Of a DNA stretch of 46,534 nt, positions 7,848 through 19,267 are shown piece after piece. A program made the translations under genes and the position numbers. Location of the stretch: the IMG/VR virus record IMGVR_UViG_2667527666_000009. One strand, 5' to 3'. The notes beneath the pieces were generated by a model. It was not told the DNA's origin and made no database searches. It worked only from the letters and a program-made list of their open reading frames with translations. The DNA comes from a virus (Duplodnaviria > Heunggongvirae > Uroviricota > Caudoviricetes). Position 1 is the first letter of the stretch. Every line of letters starts with the position of its first letter.

Positions 7848-10800
7848 TCAACGAATACTGATGCCGGAAGCGGCTTTTTTGGTCACAATCACCGTACAGT
7901 CGGTGATATTACCTGCCCGCTGATTGCCTTTATGGAAAACCTTAAACTCCAGAGTGACGCTTCCCCTGCCACTCGGCATATCAATAACCGCACTGTAGCT
8001 ACCGGGAATGGCCCCTTTAGTTTCTCTGGATGCGATTAATACACCGTTTTTGCGAACTTCAAAACCATAACCCGTGTATCTTGTACCTCCCGGGTTATTA
8101 CCACTTCCCGGATCGCTATACGCTATTCCGTTAAAGATAATGGGCGGAATAATGATTTGACGGTCAAAGTTATGATCATCGCTGATGGTGACTGTAACCG
8201 TCCCGTTTGGTGTTTCCGTGTTACCCCACGTACCAGCCTGTTTCGGAAATGATTTGGATACAGCTTTAACGAAGTCACCTCTGACCTGAGTCGCCTCCAG
8301 CATGCCCTTAATCGTACAGTTTTCATTTACCGTGACATTGTTGAGCGTCCCGGCGTTCGCATTCACACTGCCACTGATATCCGCATTTTTAGCGGTCAGC
8401 TTTCCGTCCGGTGTCAGGGAAAATGCCGGTGGATTTCCACCACTGGTAATGGTCGGGGCCGTCAGGCGTTTCAGGAACACGTCGTTCATGAATATCTGAT
8501 CGCCCTGACCAACAAACATCGGTTTTGTGTTGCCATTCGCAGGATTAACCATCGCAATCCTGTCCGCCGCCAGCAGCACCTGACTCTGCATGCCGTCAGG
8601 GGTGTTCTCAATACCGGCACCAATACCCGCGATATAAAGGCGTCCGTCCTGCATCTGCTGCAGCTTCACAGCCCACATGCTGTTCAGGTTATTATTTGTA
8701 TCAACCTGAACCTTCTGTATCTGCTGAATTGCCGCACTCTGGTCTTCCAGTTTCTTATTGACGGTCTGCGTGATTTCATTGCTGACATGCGTAATGGACG
8801 TCCTGATTTCAGCCAGGTCAGGCGCAAGCTGACCGTTATCAATCTGCGTCCACAGCTCCTGAGCCAGATGGGTTTTCCCTATCTCGCCTTTGAAAAAATC
8901 CAGATAACCGGATGCATCATCACTCGGCTGACCAACAGCCTCCACGAATGCCGATTTGCCGACGGTGTTCACACTGCGAACGTAAAAATAATAATCATGG
9001 CCCGGTTTGATATTGATACTGGCAGCTATCCAGTACAGCGCCGTACCAAGATAGCGGGCTGTGGTTTCAACCTGCCTGATATCCGCAATCCGCTTTTCCG
9101 AGAACCAGAACTCAAACTGTACCGTCGGATCATAAACGGCAAGATGCGGCGTTGCGGTTATCTGAAAATAGCCCGGCGTCAGCTCAATCCGCGACGGTGC
9201 TGCCGGTGCGGCAATCCGGAACGATACCGATGCCGGATCGCCCTGCTGCCCCCAGGCATTTGCCGCCCGGACTGTCAGCCTGTAGTTTCCCAGCGCCAGT
9301 TGCGTGAAGCGGTATGTGGTTTCCGTCGTCCGGGCCGTGCTGACCAGCCGCTCACTGCCGTCGTCTGCTGCCACAGTCAGGCGAAGCATAAAGCTCACAC
9401 CCTTCACCACCTTCGGCGTGTCCCATCGCGCCAGCACCTGATATTCCCCGCTGTCTGCAGTGACTTCGGCGGTCAGATGCTGCACTGCTGGCGGCGTGAC
9501 ACCATTCACCGTGCCGCTCTGGTCACCGTCAAAGTGCGCCCCGTTATCCACGATGGCCTCTTTCTCCGGCACATGCTGCACGGCAGTGATGGCATACGTG
9601 CCGTCGTCGTTCTCACGGATACTCACGCAGCGGAACAGGCGCTGGCGCAGCGTCGGCAGCTTAAGCCCCCACACGCTGTATTCAGCAACACCGTCAGGAA
9701 CCCGGCTCACTTTTACCTTCACGCCGTCGGTGACGGACTGAACCTCCACGCTGACCGGACTCCCCTGCCCGTCAACCAGGCTTATCAGCGTGGTGCCGGA
9801 GGCTGGCAGCGTGATTTCACGGTCGAGCGTCAGTGTCCGCGTCTGGCTGTTCACCGCCAGCACGCGCCCACCGGTGCTGATGCCCGCATAGTCATCATCG
9901 CAGATTTCAATGACATCGCCCGGTACATGGCGAAGCCCTTCGGCACCCACGCTGAAGTCCACGGTCTGCGTTTCCAGCAGTTCTGTTTTAATCAGCCACA
10001 GCCCGGCTCGGTGCGCCTGCCCCCGACTGGTACAGCCAAACGCATCCATCTTCGTGACGTTACGACCGTAACGGGCAATGGCCTGCGTGTCCTCCACAAG
10101 CTCTGTCGCCGTCTCCCAGCCGTTATCCGGGTCAATCCAGTTCACCTCAACGGCATTATGGCGGTCCTTGAGGGCGCTGAAGCTGTAGCGGAACGGCGCG
10201 CCATCATCCGGCATCACCACATTACTGCGGTTATAGGTCCACACCTTATCCGACGGCCGGTCCTGCACGAACGTCAGCGTCTGCCCGTTCCATACCGGCA
10301 TACAGCGCATCGCCGAGCAGAAATCACTGAGCACATCCCACGCCTTGCGCTGTGTGGTCAGGTACGCATTACAGGTGATGCGCGGCTCCGTGCCGCCAAA
10401 GCCGTCCGGCACTGACTGGTCGCAGTACTGGCCGATGACATACAGCGCCCATTTGTCCACATCCGCCGCACCAAGACGTTTCCCCATGCCGTAGCGTGGA
10501 TGGGTCAGCATATCCCACAGACACCAGGCCATGTTATTGCTGTATGCTGGCTTAAACGTTCCGTCCCAGATACCGCTGTATTGCCGCGTCTGCGGGTTAT
10601 AGTTCGACGGCACCTGCAGAATGCGCCCGCGAAGATGATAATTACGGCTCACCTGCTGGCTGCCGAACTGCTCCGAGTCCACCTGCACGCCGACCAGTGC
10701 CGTGTTCGGGTAGCACTGTTTCACATCGATGATTTCTGTGTATGACGACCAGAGCGTTTTGTTCTGCAGCTGGTCTGTGGTGCTGTCCGGCGTCATCCTG

Positions 10801-11345
10801 CGCATCCGGATATTAAACGGGCGCGGCGGCAGGTTATCCACCACCACCGAGGCCAGATACTGCGACGTGGTTTTGCCCTTAATGGTGATGTCTTTTTCCG
10901 TCACCCAGCCACCGTTACGCTGTATCTGAACCAGCAGACGGACTTCCGACGGATTCCTGTCACCCTTTGAGGTGGTTTCCACCAGTGCCTGCACACCGAA
11001 GGTAAAGCGCAGACGGTCGATGTTTGCAGACGTGATGGTCCGGGTAATCGGCGTGTCGTACTTCACTTCCGTACCCAGCACCGTCTCGGAGCCGGAGGAT
11101 TCAAACCCCTCCGGCGGTGTCTGCTCCTGCTCACCTGCCCGGAACACCACCGTGACGCCGGAGATATTGGTATTCCCCTCACTGTCCAGCACTGGCGTAC
11201 TGTTCAGCAGCACACTTTTTAATCCGTCCACCGGACCTTCAATCGGCCCTTCACTGATGGCGTCTATCACGCTCAGCATCTGGGATGATTTCAGGTTGTC
11301 CTTCGCTTCGCGCGGGGTATGCCCCTTACTGCTGCCTTTACCCAT
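7848..11345 (-). CDS. J: tail tip host-specificity protein J (central fibre)
   Basis: 1165 aa; N-terminus [20 protein letters not shown]... and overall length match lambda gpJ; position between I and lom. Confidence 0.9.
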   Translation of the reverse strand: MGKGSSKGHTPREAKDNLKSSQMLSVIDAISEGPIEGPVDGLKSVLLNSTPVLDSEGNTNISGVTVVFRAGEQEQTPPEGFESSGSETVLGTEVKYDTPITRTITSANIDRLRFTFGVQALVETTSKGDRNPSEVRLLVQIQRNGGWVTEKDITIKGKTTSQYLASVVVDNLPPRPFNIRMRRMTPDSTTDQLQNKTLWSSYTEIIDVKQCYPNTALVGVQVDSEQFGSQQVSRNYHLRGRILQVPSNYNPQTRQYSGIWDGTFKPAYSNNMAWCLWDMLTHPRYGMGKRLGAADVDKWALYVIGQYCDQSVPDGFGGTEPRITCNAYLTTQRKAWDVLSDFCSAMRCMPVWNGQTLTFVQDRPSDKVWTYNRSNVVMPDDGAPFRYSFSALKDRHNAVEVNWIDPDNGWETATELVEDTQAIARYGRNVTKMDAFGCTSRGQAHRAGLWLIKTELLETQTVDFSVGAEGLRHVPGDVIEICDDDYAGISTGGRVLAVNSQTRTLTLDREITLPASGTTLISLVDGQGSPVSVEVQSVTDGVKVKVSRVPDGVAEYSVWGLKLPTLRQRLFRCVSIRENDDGTYAITAVQHVPEKEAIVDNGAHFDGDQSGTVNGVTPPAVQHLTAEVTADSGEYQVLARWDTPKVVKGVSFMLRLTVAADDGSERLVSTARTTETTYRFTQLALGNYRLTVRAANAWGQQGDPASVSFRIAAPAAPSRIELTPGYFQITATPHLAVYDPTVQFEFWFSEKRIADIRQVETTARYLGTALYWIAASINIKPGHDYYFYVRSVNTVGKSAFVEAVGQPSDDASGYLDFFKGEIGKTHLAQELWTQIDNGQLAPDLAEIRTSITHVSNEITQTVNKKLEDQSAAIQQIQKVQVDTNNNLNSMWAVKLQQMQDGRLYIAGIGAGIENTPDGMQSQVLLAADRIAMVNPANGNTKPMFVGQGDQIFMNDVFLKRLTAPTITSGGNPPAFSLTPDGKLTAKNADISGSVNANAGTLNNVTVNENCTIKGMLEATQVRGDFVKAVSKSFPKQAGTWGNTETPNGTVTVTISDDHNFDRQIIIPPIIFNGIAYSDPGSGNNPGGTRYTGYGFEVRKNGVLIASRETKGAIPGSYSAVIDMPSGRGSVTLEFKVFHKGNQRAGNITDCTVIVTKKAASGISIR

Positions 11346-11405
11346 TCCTCACGCTCCAGAAACGACAAAACCGCCCGCAGGCGGTTTCACATAAAACATT
11401 TTGCA

Positions 11406-12077
11406 TCAGCGACCAATCACCACAACCTGACCACCATCCCCTTCGTCTGCCGTGCTGATCTCCTGAGAGACCACCCGCGACCCCACGCGCATTTCACCGT
11501 ACAGAACCGGCAGAACATTGCCCTGGGCAACCATGTTATCCAGTGAGGAGAAATAGGTGTTCTGTTTGCCGTTATCCGTTGTCTGTGTACGGGGAGTTCT
11601 GGCTTTCGGTGCCAGCATCTGCGCCACACCACCGAGCACCATACTGGCACCGAGAGAAAACAGGATGCCGGTCATACCACCGGCCCCAATGGCTGCCCCC
11701 CATGCTGCAAGGGTGGCCCCGGCGGTAAAGAATGATCCGGCAATGGCGGCAGCCCCCAGGACAATCTGGAATACGCCACCTGACTTGGCCCCGGCGACTC
11801 TGGGAACAATATGAATCACAGCGCCATCAGGCAGAGTCTCATGTAACTGCGCCGTTAATCCGGACGTGCTGACATCCTGCCCGGCAATCCGTACCTGATA
11901 CCAGCCGTCGCTCAGTTTCTGACGAAACGCCGGGAGCTGTGTGGCCAGCGCCCGGATGGCTTCGGCTCCCGTTTTCACACGCAGATCGATGCGGCGACCA
12001 AATCGTTGTAAATCCCCGTAAAGGCAGATGCGTGCCATGCCCGGTGACGCCAGAGGGAGTGTGTGCGTCGCTGCCAT
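11406..12077 (-). CDS. I: tail assembly protein I
   Basis: 223 aa; MAATHTLPLASPGMARICLYGDLQRFGRRIDLRV... matches lambda gpI. Confidence 0.9.
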   Translation of the reverse strand: MAATHTLPLASPGMARICLYGDLQRFGRRIDLRVKTGAEAIRALATQLPAFRQKLSDGWYQVRIAGQDVSTSGLTAQLHETLPDGAVIHIVPRVAGAKSGGVFQIVLGAAAIAGSFFTAGATLAAWGAAIGAGGMTGILFSLGASMVLGGVAQMLAPKARTPRTQTTDNGKQNTYFSSLDNMVAQGNVLPVLYGEMRVGSRVVSQEISTADEGDGGQVVVIGR

Positions 12078-12718
12078 TTGTCGGTATACCTCTCTCGTTT
12101 GCTCAGTTGTTCAGGAATATGGTGCAGCAGCTCGCCGTCACCACAGTAAATGGCGGCATGATTCGGCACCGATGAACCAAAACAGCACAACAGCACATCG
12201 CCCGGTTGTGCTGATGACAACGGCACCTGATACAGCCCCGTGGCCTCCAGATTATCCAGATAGAGATTCTGACCGTTACGCCACCAGTCATCCCCGCGAT
12301 GAAAATCCGGCATCTCAATCCCCGCCAGATGATAAGCATCCCGGAACAGCGTGTAACAGTCCGTCACCCCGTGCTCAAAGCGCCGCCCGGTGAGATGCGG
12401 CACACAGCGGAACTTATGAATCGTCCCCCGGCAGACCAGCCACCACGGCAAATCACTCTGCACCTGCAGCCGCCGGTCGGCCTCACTCAGCCAGGGCAGA
12501 CCACCGGGGTGGCTGTGGACCAGCGCCACAATCTCACCCTGCATTTCTGCCTGCAGCCAGTCTTCCGGCGACAGCCTGAAATACGCCTCCGGCTTACCGG
12601 AGATATTCACACAGGGAAAATATCTTTCCCCTTCCGGCGTTCTCACCACGAAGCCGCACGACTCCGCTGGCGCACATCGCCGGGCGTGCGCCAGAATCGC
12701 TGATTCTGTCTCTGTCAT
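11975..12718 (-). CDS. K: tail assembly protein K (JAB/MPN plus NlpC/P60-like domains)
   Basis: ORF 11975..12760; start taken at MTETESAILAHARRC (ATG 12716..12718); HSHPGG metalloprotease-like motif; overlaps the start of I. Confidence 0.85.
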   Translation of the reverse strand: MTETESAILAHARRCAPAESCGFVVRTPEGERYFPCVNISGKPEAYFRLSPEDWLQAEMQGEIVALVHSHPGGLPWLSEADRRLQVQSDLPWWLVCRGTIHKFRCVPHLTGRRFEHGVTDCYTLFRDAYHLAGIEMPDFHRGDDWWRNGQNLYLDNLEATGLYQVPLSSAQPGDVLLCCFGSSVPNHAAIYCGDGELLHHIPEQLSKRERYTDKWQRRTHSLWRHRAWHASAFTGIYNDLVAASICV

Positions 12719-12722
12719 GGGT

Positions 12723-13421
12723 TTACTGCGAAAGTTTGTTAATGGAAAGGAAGCCGCCAAAGTTACCGACGTTATTGCGGAACTTACATCCGCTCAGGCA
12801 TTTGCTGCATTTATCCTTCGTGATATCGGACGTTGGCTGGTCATATTCATCCGCGACCGCCGGACCGTGATAACCGCACTCATCGCCGCGATAGGTCCAG
12901 GTGCAGGTGTTGGCCAGCATGATACGTCCCGGAAAAACAGCGCCGTCCGTTTCCGTCGACGTGGCCAGTACAAAGGAGGCACTGACCGCGCTCAGTTCGC
13001 TGCACTGCTCGATGCGCCAGTGGCTGATCACCTCCTGCTCCGGATCGGCGTCTCTGTTTCCGTTGACGAAGTTCACCGCATCCAGAAAACGGGCGTAAAC
13101 CTTACGCCTGACCACCGTTCCGCCGACCAGACTCTGCAGGTCTTCCGCCATCCCGGTGACCATGCCGTGCAGGTTAGAAACCGTCAGTGTCGGACGGGCA
13201 GCACTGCCCTTGCCATTCAGTTCAAATCCCGTCCCCTGAATGGGGTATGCCTGATACTGCCGCCCCTGCCAGGTAACCGGCTCACCTTTTTCGTTCTGCT
13301 CATTACAGAAAAAATAACGTTCTCCACCGACCTCTGTCAGATCGATTTCCCAGAGCACCACGCTGGCCGACTGCTCCGCACGGGTGCATTCATTCAGTGT
13401 TTCCTGCCGGATATCCTGCAT
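12723..13421 (-). CDS. L: minor tail protein L
   Basis: 232 aa; MQDIRQETLNECTRAEQSASVVLWEIDLTEVGGERYFFCNE... matches lambda gpL. Confidence 0.9.
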   Translation of the reverse strand: MQDIRQETLNECTRAEQSASVVLWEIDLTEVGGERYFFCNEQNEKGEPVTWQGRQYQAYPIQGTGFELNGKGSAARPTLTVSNLHGMVTGMAEDLQSLVGGTVVRRKVYARFLDAVNFVNGNRDADPEQEVISHWRIEQCSELSAVSASFVLATSTETDGAVFPGRIMLANTCTWTYRGDECGYHGPAVADEYDQPTSDITKDKCSKCLSGCKFRNNVGNFGGFLSINKLSQ

Positions 13422-13750
13422 CAGTTCACCACCTGTTCAAACTCTGCGCTGAACTCAACACGCAGCATACTGACCCGCGACGACCATTTTGCGCAGGTCA
13501 CCTTTATCTGCCGCCACTCATAAGGCGGCGTCCACAGAAAGGATTTCCAGCCCCCGTGCTCAGCCAGAAACGACTCAAGCGCCGTGGCCTCCCAACGGGG
13601 AACAGAAAGCGTCACGCTGTACGTTTTCAGGTCAGCGTTCAGCCCGGCAGGCGCTCGCTGGGAATAGCCATCACCAAAGCGCACCTTTCTTACAGAAGGG
13701 ACCGAAGCCACATCCATACCGGGTTTCACTTTCCAGCGGAAGGTCTTCAT
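13421..13750 (-). CDS. M: minor tail protein M
   Basis: 109 aa; MKTFRWKVKPGMDV... matches lambda gpM; start overlaps the H stop. Confidence 0.9.
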   Translation of the reverse strand: MKTFRWKVKPGMDVASVPSVRKVRFGDGYSQRAPAGLNADLKTYSVTLSVPRWEATALESFLAEHGGWKSFLWTPPYEWRQIKVTCAKWSSRVSMLRVEFSAEFEQVVN

Positions 13751-16326
13751 CGTCCACCTCCGGAGAACAGGCCACCATCACGCATCTGTGTCTGAATTTC
13801 ATCGCGGGCACCCTTGCGGGCCATGTCATACACTGCTTTCATCATCTGTGGACCTGGCAGACCATTCGTACCGTCGTTCTGAATCACCACGTTGTTGTTC
13901 TGCTCAAACCTGATACCCTCTGAACGCCGCATTTGCGCCGGACTTCCGGTGCCACCGACATAACCGCCGGTGGCATAGCCGCGCATCAGCCGGTAGAGAT
14001 TTCCCACGCCAATCCGGCTGGTTGCCTCCTTCGTGAAGACAAATTCACCACGGTGAACAATCCCCGCTGGCTCATATTTGCCGCCGGTTCCCGTAAATCC
14101 TCCGGTTGCAAAATGGAATTTCGCCGCAGCGGCCTGAATGGCTGTACCGCCTGACGCGGATGCGCCGCCACCAACAGCCCCGCCAATGGCGCTGCCGATA
14201 CTCCCGACAATCCCCACCATTGCCTGCTTAAGCAGAATTTCTGTCATCATGGACAGCACGGAACGGGTGAAGCTGCGCCAGTTCTGCTCACTGCCGGTCA
14301 GCATCGCCGCCATATTCTGTGCAATACCATCAAAGGTCTGCGTGGCTGCACTTTTTACCTGCGACATACTGTCCGTGGCGCTCTCTTCCCACTCTCTCCA
14401 GCCGGACTTCAGGCCTGCCATCCAGCTCCCGCGAAGCTGGTCTTCAGCCGCCCAGGTCTTTTTCTGCTCTGACATGACGTTATTCAGCGCCAGCGGATTA
14501 TCGCCATACTGTTCCTTCAGGCGCTGTTCCGTGGCTTCCCGTTCTGCCTGCCGCTCAGTCAGCCCCCGGCTTTTCGCATCAATGGCGGCCCGTTTTGCCC
14601 GTTGCTGCTGTGCGAATTTATCCGCCTGCTGCGCCAGCGCGTTCAGGCGCTCCTGATACGTAACCTTGTCGCCAAGTGCAGCCAGCTGGCGTTTGTACTC
14701 CAGCGTCTCATCTTTATGCGCCAGCAGGGATTTCTCCTGTGCAGACAGCTGGCGACGTTGCGCCGCCTCCTCCAGTACCGCGAACTGACTCTCCGCCTTC
14801 CACAAATCCCGGCGCTGCTGGCTGATTTTCTCATTTGCTCCGGCATGCCTCTCCAGCGTCCAGAGTTCAGCCTGAAGCGTCAGCAGGGCAGCATGAGCAC
14901 TGTCTTCCTGACGATCGCCCGCAGACACCTTCACGCCGGACTGTTTCGCCTTTTTCAGCGTCGCTTCATAGTCCTTTTTCGCCGCCGCCATCAGCGTGTT
15001 GTAATCTGCCTGCAGAATTTTCCCGTCCTTCAGTGCCTTGTTCAGTTCTTCCTGACGGGCGGTATATTTCTCCAGCGGCGTCTGCAGGCGTTCATAAGCC
15101 TTCTGCGCCTCTTCGGTATATTTCAGCCGTGATGCCTCAGACTCGGCCCAGTCCTTTGCTGCCATCTCTCTGGCCTTTTCAAGATCGGCCTGCAACGTGG
15201 CGGCTGAAAGCCCAAGTTGCGCATTCGCTCTGTCCTCCCATGCTCCCCGGAGATTGGCAAGAAATGCGGATGTTTTACCGCGCCGGTGGCTCCGGCTCTG
15301 ATACCACTGCCATTTTTTGTCCGCCTCATCAAAAGCCTTTTCTGCTTTCTCCAGCATTTCCCGGGCAGTGTCCGGGCGACCAATATCCAGCACCGAATCC
15401 CACATGGATTTGAATGCCCGTGCTGTCCTGTCTGCCCAGGTCTCCAGCGTGCCCATGTTCTCTTTCAGGCGGCGGGTCTGGTCATCAAACCCTTTCGTTG
15501 CGGCCTCGTTCGCCGCCTGCAATGCCCCGGCTTCATCTCCGGAACGCTGCAACTGAGCAACATACGCAATCTGCTCCGCCGTCACGTTATGGAACTGACG
15601 TGCCATCGCTGTCAGTCCCGACGTCGGGTCTGTGGTCAGCTTCCCGAAGGCTTCAGCGACCTTGTCCACCTCCACGCCGGATGCAGAGGAGAAACGCGCC
15701 ACACTCTGGCTGATCGCCTCAAACTGCTCACCACCACGCACACCGGCATTCACCAGCGCCGTCAGTGACTCGCTGGTCTGGTTAAACGTCAGCCCTGCCG
15801 CCTGCCCGGCTCTGGACAGGGCCAGAATACGATCTGCCGTCAGTCCCGCCTGATTGCCGGAAAGGACCAGCGTTTTGTTGAAATCGGACAGGGTTGAGTT
15901 GCCCTGATACCAGGCATACGCCAGCGCACCGGTCGCCACCGCCAGCGAGGTGGCCCCCACCATCGGCAGGGTGATCGCACCGGCAAGCCCCCTGAACATG
16001 GGGATCATCCCGCCGAAGGAGTCCTTAACCTGACCACCCTGTTGCAGCAGGATCAGCCACGGACTTTGCCCGCCTGCAAGCTGCGTGGCCACGTCGGTGA
16101 ACTGTGCAGGCAGCATACGCATGGCGGCTTTATACTGCCCGACGGAAATCCCCGCTTTCTGTGCAGCCAGCGCCTGTCGGCTCAGCGACTGTTCAACGAC
16201 TGCCGCTGTTTTTTTCGCATCACTTTCCGTACCGGAAAAATGACGCCTGACTCTGGCCATCTGCTCGTCAAATCTGGCCGCATCCAGACTCAAATCAACG
16301 ACCAGATCGCCTACCGGTTCAGCCAT
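13747..16326 (-). CDS. H: tail tape measure protein H
   Basis: 859 aa; lambda gpH-like N-terminus, long helical central region, Gly-rich C-terminal part. Confidence 0.9.
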   Translation of the reverse strand: MAEPVGDLVVDLSLDAARFDEQMARVRRHFSGTESDAKKTAAVVEQSLSRQALAAQKAGISVGQYKAAMRMLPAQFTDVATQLAGGQSPWLILLQQGGQVKDSFGGMIPMFRGLAGAITLPMVGATSLAVATGALAYAWYQGNSTLSDFNKTLVLSGNQAGLTADRILALSRAGQAAGLTFNQTSESLTALVNAGVRGGEQFEAISQSVARFSSASGVEVDKVAEAFGKLTTDPTSGLTAMARQFHNVTAEQIAYVAQLQRSGDEAGALQAANEAATKGFDDQTRRLKENMGTLETWADRTARAFKSMWDSVLDIGRPDTAREMLEKAEKAFDEADKKWQWYQSRSHRRGKTSAFLANLRGAWEDRANAQLGLSAATLQADLEKAREMAAKDWAESEASRLKYTEEAQKAYERLQTPLEKYTARQEELNKALKDGKILQADYNTLMAAAKKDYEATLKKAKQSGVKVSAGDRQEDSAHAALLTLQAELWTLERHAGANEKISQQRRDLWKAESQFAVLEEAAQRRQLSAQEKSLLAHKDETLEYKRQLAALGDKVTYQERLNALAQQADKFAQQQRAKRAAIDAKSRGLTERQAEREATEQRLKEQYGDNPLALNNVMSEQKKTWAAEDQLRGSWMAGLKSGWREWEESATDSMSQVKSAATQTFDGIAQNMAAMLTGSEQNWRSFTRSVLSMMTEILLKQAMVGIVGSIGSAIGGAVGGGASASGGTAIQAAAAKFHFATGGFTGTGGKYEPAGIVHRGEFVFTKEATSRIGVGNLYRLMRGYATGGYVGGTGSPAQMRRSEGIRFEQNNNVVIQNDGTNGLPGPQMMKAVYDMARKGARDEIQTQMRDGGLFSGGGR

Positions 16327-17157
16327 ACCGGACTCCTCCTGCGATCCCTTCTGATACTGTCATCAGCATTACGTCATCCTCCGTCATGTCCGCCACATCC
16401 GGGGAAGTAGGGATAACTTCATTCCCGTCCGGGCCAAAGCGGACACCTCCGGCAAGCCCTGCCGCTTTCTGCATCAGCACATCATCTTCAGGCTCCTCGT
16501 CAGCCTCGCGCCGGTTCAGCAAACTGAAATCCAGCGGATGCATATCCGGATCGCTGAAAAACAGGCTGAGCACGGTGTACGTCAGCCCGGAAAAGTGCAT
16601 ATCCAGCAGAACATCATGAAAATAATGGGTACTGTAAAAGCGGTGCCAGTCGGCATACTCCGTGGATGACATCCCGGCAAGCATGGCACGCCAGTCGGGT
16701 CGCCCCATCTCACGCGCCAGTTTCAGGGCAAAACTCAGCTCACCGTCGAACACTTTCCCGCAGAAACAGGCTCTGCAGGCCCGGCGTCCTCTGTCTGTTC
16801 AGGGGTATTATTCACAACAAACTCATACATACCAGACAGCCGGTACACCACGTTTTCAGCATGAGAAATTGCCTCCGTGGGCCAGGTGGTAAGCACTTCC
16901 TGCTCAATCTGTTTAACGGCTTCATTCATGGACGGCATCTGCGTCTTCTGCGGATGGTTATGCCACAGGGACATCGCCACCAGAAACGCGCCGGTTCTGA
17001 TGGCGTCTTCCACAGTAAACTTCCGGTTGCTGTCTGACTCCGCCTGTTCTGCCTGCCGTTTCATCAGGGCGAGATGCTCAATACGCTGCAGGGCTGACAG
17101 TTCAGAAAGCGTGACGGTCACACCGTTATGTTCAAATGATTCGGTTTTCAGGAACAT
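16319..17157 (-). CDS. GT: tail assembly chaperone G-T fusion made by programmed -1 frameshift
   Basis: T-frame ORF 16319..16753 has no conventional start and overlaps the 3' end of G; slippery heptamer GGGAAAG present at the overlap. Confidence 0.8.
16735..17157 (-). CDS. G: tail assembly chaperone G
   Basis: 140 aa; MFLKTESFEHNGVTVTLSELSALQRIEHLALMKRQ... matches lambda gpG. Confidence 0.9.
   Translation of the reverse strand: MFLKTESFEHNGVTVTLSELSALQRIEHLALMKRQAEQAESDSNRKFTVEDAIRTGAFLVAMSLWHNHPQKTQMPSMNEAVKQIEQEVLTTWPTEAISHAENVVYRLSGMYEFVVNNTPEQTEDAGPAEPVSAGKCSTVS
16753..16759 (-). other. -1 ribosomal frameshift slippery heptamer G GGA AAG
   Basis: plus-strand CTTTCCC at 16753..16759 is GGGAAAG on the minus strand, in frame as G-GGA-AAG in G, 16 nt before the G stop. 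Confidence 0.8.
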
Positions 17158-17172
17158 CTCTGACTCTCCGGA

Positions 17173-17913
17173 TTAACTGGCGGTGACGGTGATTTCTGCA
17201 ACCGCAGCAAACTCACCATTACCGGATACGACCGGAATGTTGACCTTACCTGCAGCAACGCCATTCACGGTGATGGTCATACCACTGACCGACACGGTGG
17301 CTTTTGTTTTATCCGCTGACACCGCACGGAAGCTCTTGTCGGTTGCGCCTTCCGGCTGGAATGCCACGGTCAGCGTGGTGCTCTTCCCTTTCACTACGGA
17401 AGCGCTGGCTGGCGTCACGGTCATACCGGTTGCCGCTGTTACCGTGCTGCGATCTTCTGCCATCGACGGACGTCCTACGTTGGTGACTTTCACCGTGCGG
17501 GTGATCACGTCCTTCGCCGTCACCGCCTTACCGATACTGCTGACCCAGCCGCGGAACACATCGACCGTGCCGTTCGGGAAGCGGATTTTATAGGCACGGG
17601 TATCACCTTCATTAAACCACGCCAGCAGCGCCTGCTGCCCCTGCTCTCCGGGCATCCACGCCAGCGTGAAGCTGGTATCTCCGGCAGATTTCTGCCCCTG
17701 TCCGGTCGCGGTCCAGTCCGCATCTTCATCATCGAGATAACTGTCGTCATAGGACTCAGCGGTCAGTTCGCCGGGCGTCAGGTCTTTAACCTTTGCCAGA
17801 CGCGACCAGTCATTGTCTGAAAGCGGGTTTGCATAAGGGTCGCCGCTCCCGTTATAAACCCACAGTGTGGTCCCGGCCCCTTTCACCGGTGCCAGAGGAT
17901 TTGGTGTTGGCAT
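17173..17913 (-). CDS. V: major tail tube protein V
   Basis: ORF 17173..17943; start taken at [20 protein letters not shown] (ATG 17911..17913), giving 246 aa as in lambda gpV; C-terminal Ig-like region. Confidence 0.9.
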   Translation of the reverse strand: MPTPNPLAPVKGAGTTLWVYNGSGDPYANPLSDNDWSRLAKVKDLTPGELTAESYDDSYLDDEDADWTATGQGQKSAGDTSFTLAWMPGEQGQQALLAWFNEGDTRAYKIRFPNGTVDVFRGWVSSIGKAVTAKDVITRTVKVTNVGRPSMAEDRSTVTAATGMTVTPASASVVKGKSTTLTVAFQPEGATDKSFRAVSADKTKATVSVSGMTITVNGVAAGKVNIPVVSGNGEFAAVAEITVTAS

Positions 17914-17920
17914 ATCGTCC

Positions 17921-18316
17921 TCACATTTCATAGGTAATGACATAAGTCAGATCGGCTGAACTCCACAGGCCCGCATCATCGTCGCGCCGGTAGTCATAGC
18001 CACTGGCCACCATACTGGTGATCAAATCTGACAGTGCCGGGATATCGCTCATCACCGGATAAATCCGGGACTCCATCCACGAATCCAGCTCTGAATCCGG
18101 CACCTGAGCAGGCAGGAAAACTTCAATATGCAGCTCCGCCTGCCAGGTATCGCTGTCCAGCTCTTCGCCCGTGTATTCAGCGCCGGTGAGATAAACGGCA
18201 ATTGCCGGAAAATCTTCCTCATCAAAAACAGCGGGGCGACCATCAAAAAGCGTCGCCCCGGTGTCATGCTTCTCCAGTGCATCCAGTACGGCTGCACGGA
18301 GTTCAGTATGTTTCAT
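17921..18316 (-). CDS. U: tail terminator protein U
   Basis: 131 aa; [35 protein letters not shown]... matches lambda gpU. Confidence 0.9.
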   Translation of the reverse strand: MKHTELRAAVLDALEKHDTGATLFDGRPAVFDEEDFPAIAVYLTGAEYTGEELDSDTWQAELHIEVFLPAQVPDSELDSWMESRIYPVMSDIPALSDLITSMVASGYDYRRDDDAGLWSSADLTYVITYEM

Positions 18317-18891
18317 CGCTTTATTACCATTCTCAGTTGATGCTGCAGCGCATAGCCCAGCTCTTTCGGAAGACGCTCACGCCGTATCCGCTCAATATTC
18401 TGTTTAAACGCCGTGGTCAGCGGCACCGCCATCGGAATTTTCACCACATCAATGGGGTAACGGTTTTTCCCGGCCACACGCTGCATGACATGCCACCGGC
18501 CATTTTTCAGTTGCTGAATAAACGCGCCGGGAATACGACGGTTTCCCACCACAAGCACGCTGCCGCCACCTTTCAGGGATGAACGCTGCCCCTTTTTACG
18601 ACGCCTGCGGCGGGACAGGACAACCCGCGCATTACCCAGCTTGATTACGGGCAAATCCCCCCGGTTAACCCTGATTCTGGCCTGCGGATTTTTGACCGTG
18701 GCCCTTTTCAGCCTGGCCCTTTCCTTTACCAGTTTCCGGCGTACCTTTGTCTCACGGGCAACCTGTGACGCCGACTGCGATATCGCGGATGAAGCAACGC
18801 GGTTAATGGCCATTGCGGCGGCACCGGGCACCGCCGTTTTGCTGATACGGCTGAGGTTTTCAACGGCCTGCTCAAGACCTTTTATGGCCAT
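18313..18891 (-). CDS. Z: tail completion protein Z
   Basis: 192 aa; MAIKGLEQAVENLSRISKTAVPGAAAMAINRV... matches lambda gpZ. Confidence 0.9.
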   Translation of the reverse strand: MAIKGLEQAVENLSRISKTAVPGAAAMAINRVASSAISQSASQVARETKVRRKLVKERARLKRATVKNPQARIRVNRGDLPVIKLGNARVVLSRRRRRKKGQRSSLKGGGSVLVVGNRRIPGAFIQQLKNGRWHVMQRVAGKNRYPIDVVKIPMAVPLTTAFKQNIERIRRERLPKELGYALQHQLRMVIKR

Positions 18892-18902
18892 ACATCCCCC
18901 TT

Positions 18903-19256
18903 TCAGCGGCGACGGTTAACGGCAGGCGGTACGCCCCGCCCAAGCCAGAGATGACAGCTTCCGCCATCATCCGGCGAAATCCGGTCTATCCAGAAGTTTT
19001 CCTCACCGATGGTCAGCGTGTCGCCGCGCCGCAGCTGCCGCACATCATCAGTCCGGACAAACAGGGACGGGCTGGAGCCTTCAACGCGTACGCCCTGTCC
19101 GGCATAGCTGATATTTTCAGGGTCATCAAAAACACCACGTATTACTGCGCCGGACTGCTCACCGGATGTCATGGTGGCTGACGTTCCCATGTACCCGCGT
19201 ATCGTTTCATCGGCGCGGGCAATGGCAGCATCGAACAGGTTATCGAAATCAGCCAC
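18903..19256 (-). CDS. FII: head-tail connector protein FII
   Basis: 117 aa; MADFDNLFDAAIARADETIRGYMG... matches lambda gpFII. Confidence 0.9.
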   Translation of the reverse strand: MADFDNLFDAAIARADETIRGYMGTSATMTSGEQSGAVIRGVFDDPENISYAGQGVRVEGSSPSLFVRTDDVRQLRRGDTLTIGEENFWIDRISPDDGGSCHLWLGRGVPPAVNRRR

Positions 19257-19267
19257 AGCGCCTCCCG

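Noticed and set aside
8787-10415. 542-aa plus-strand ORF
   Set aside because: Antisense to the J tail-tip gene; Arg/Cys-rich, no start context; typical GC-rich antisense artefact.
14138-15768. Several 170-190-aa plus-strand ORFs
   Set aside because: Antisense to the tape measure gene H; Pro/Arg/Ser-rich artefacts.
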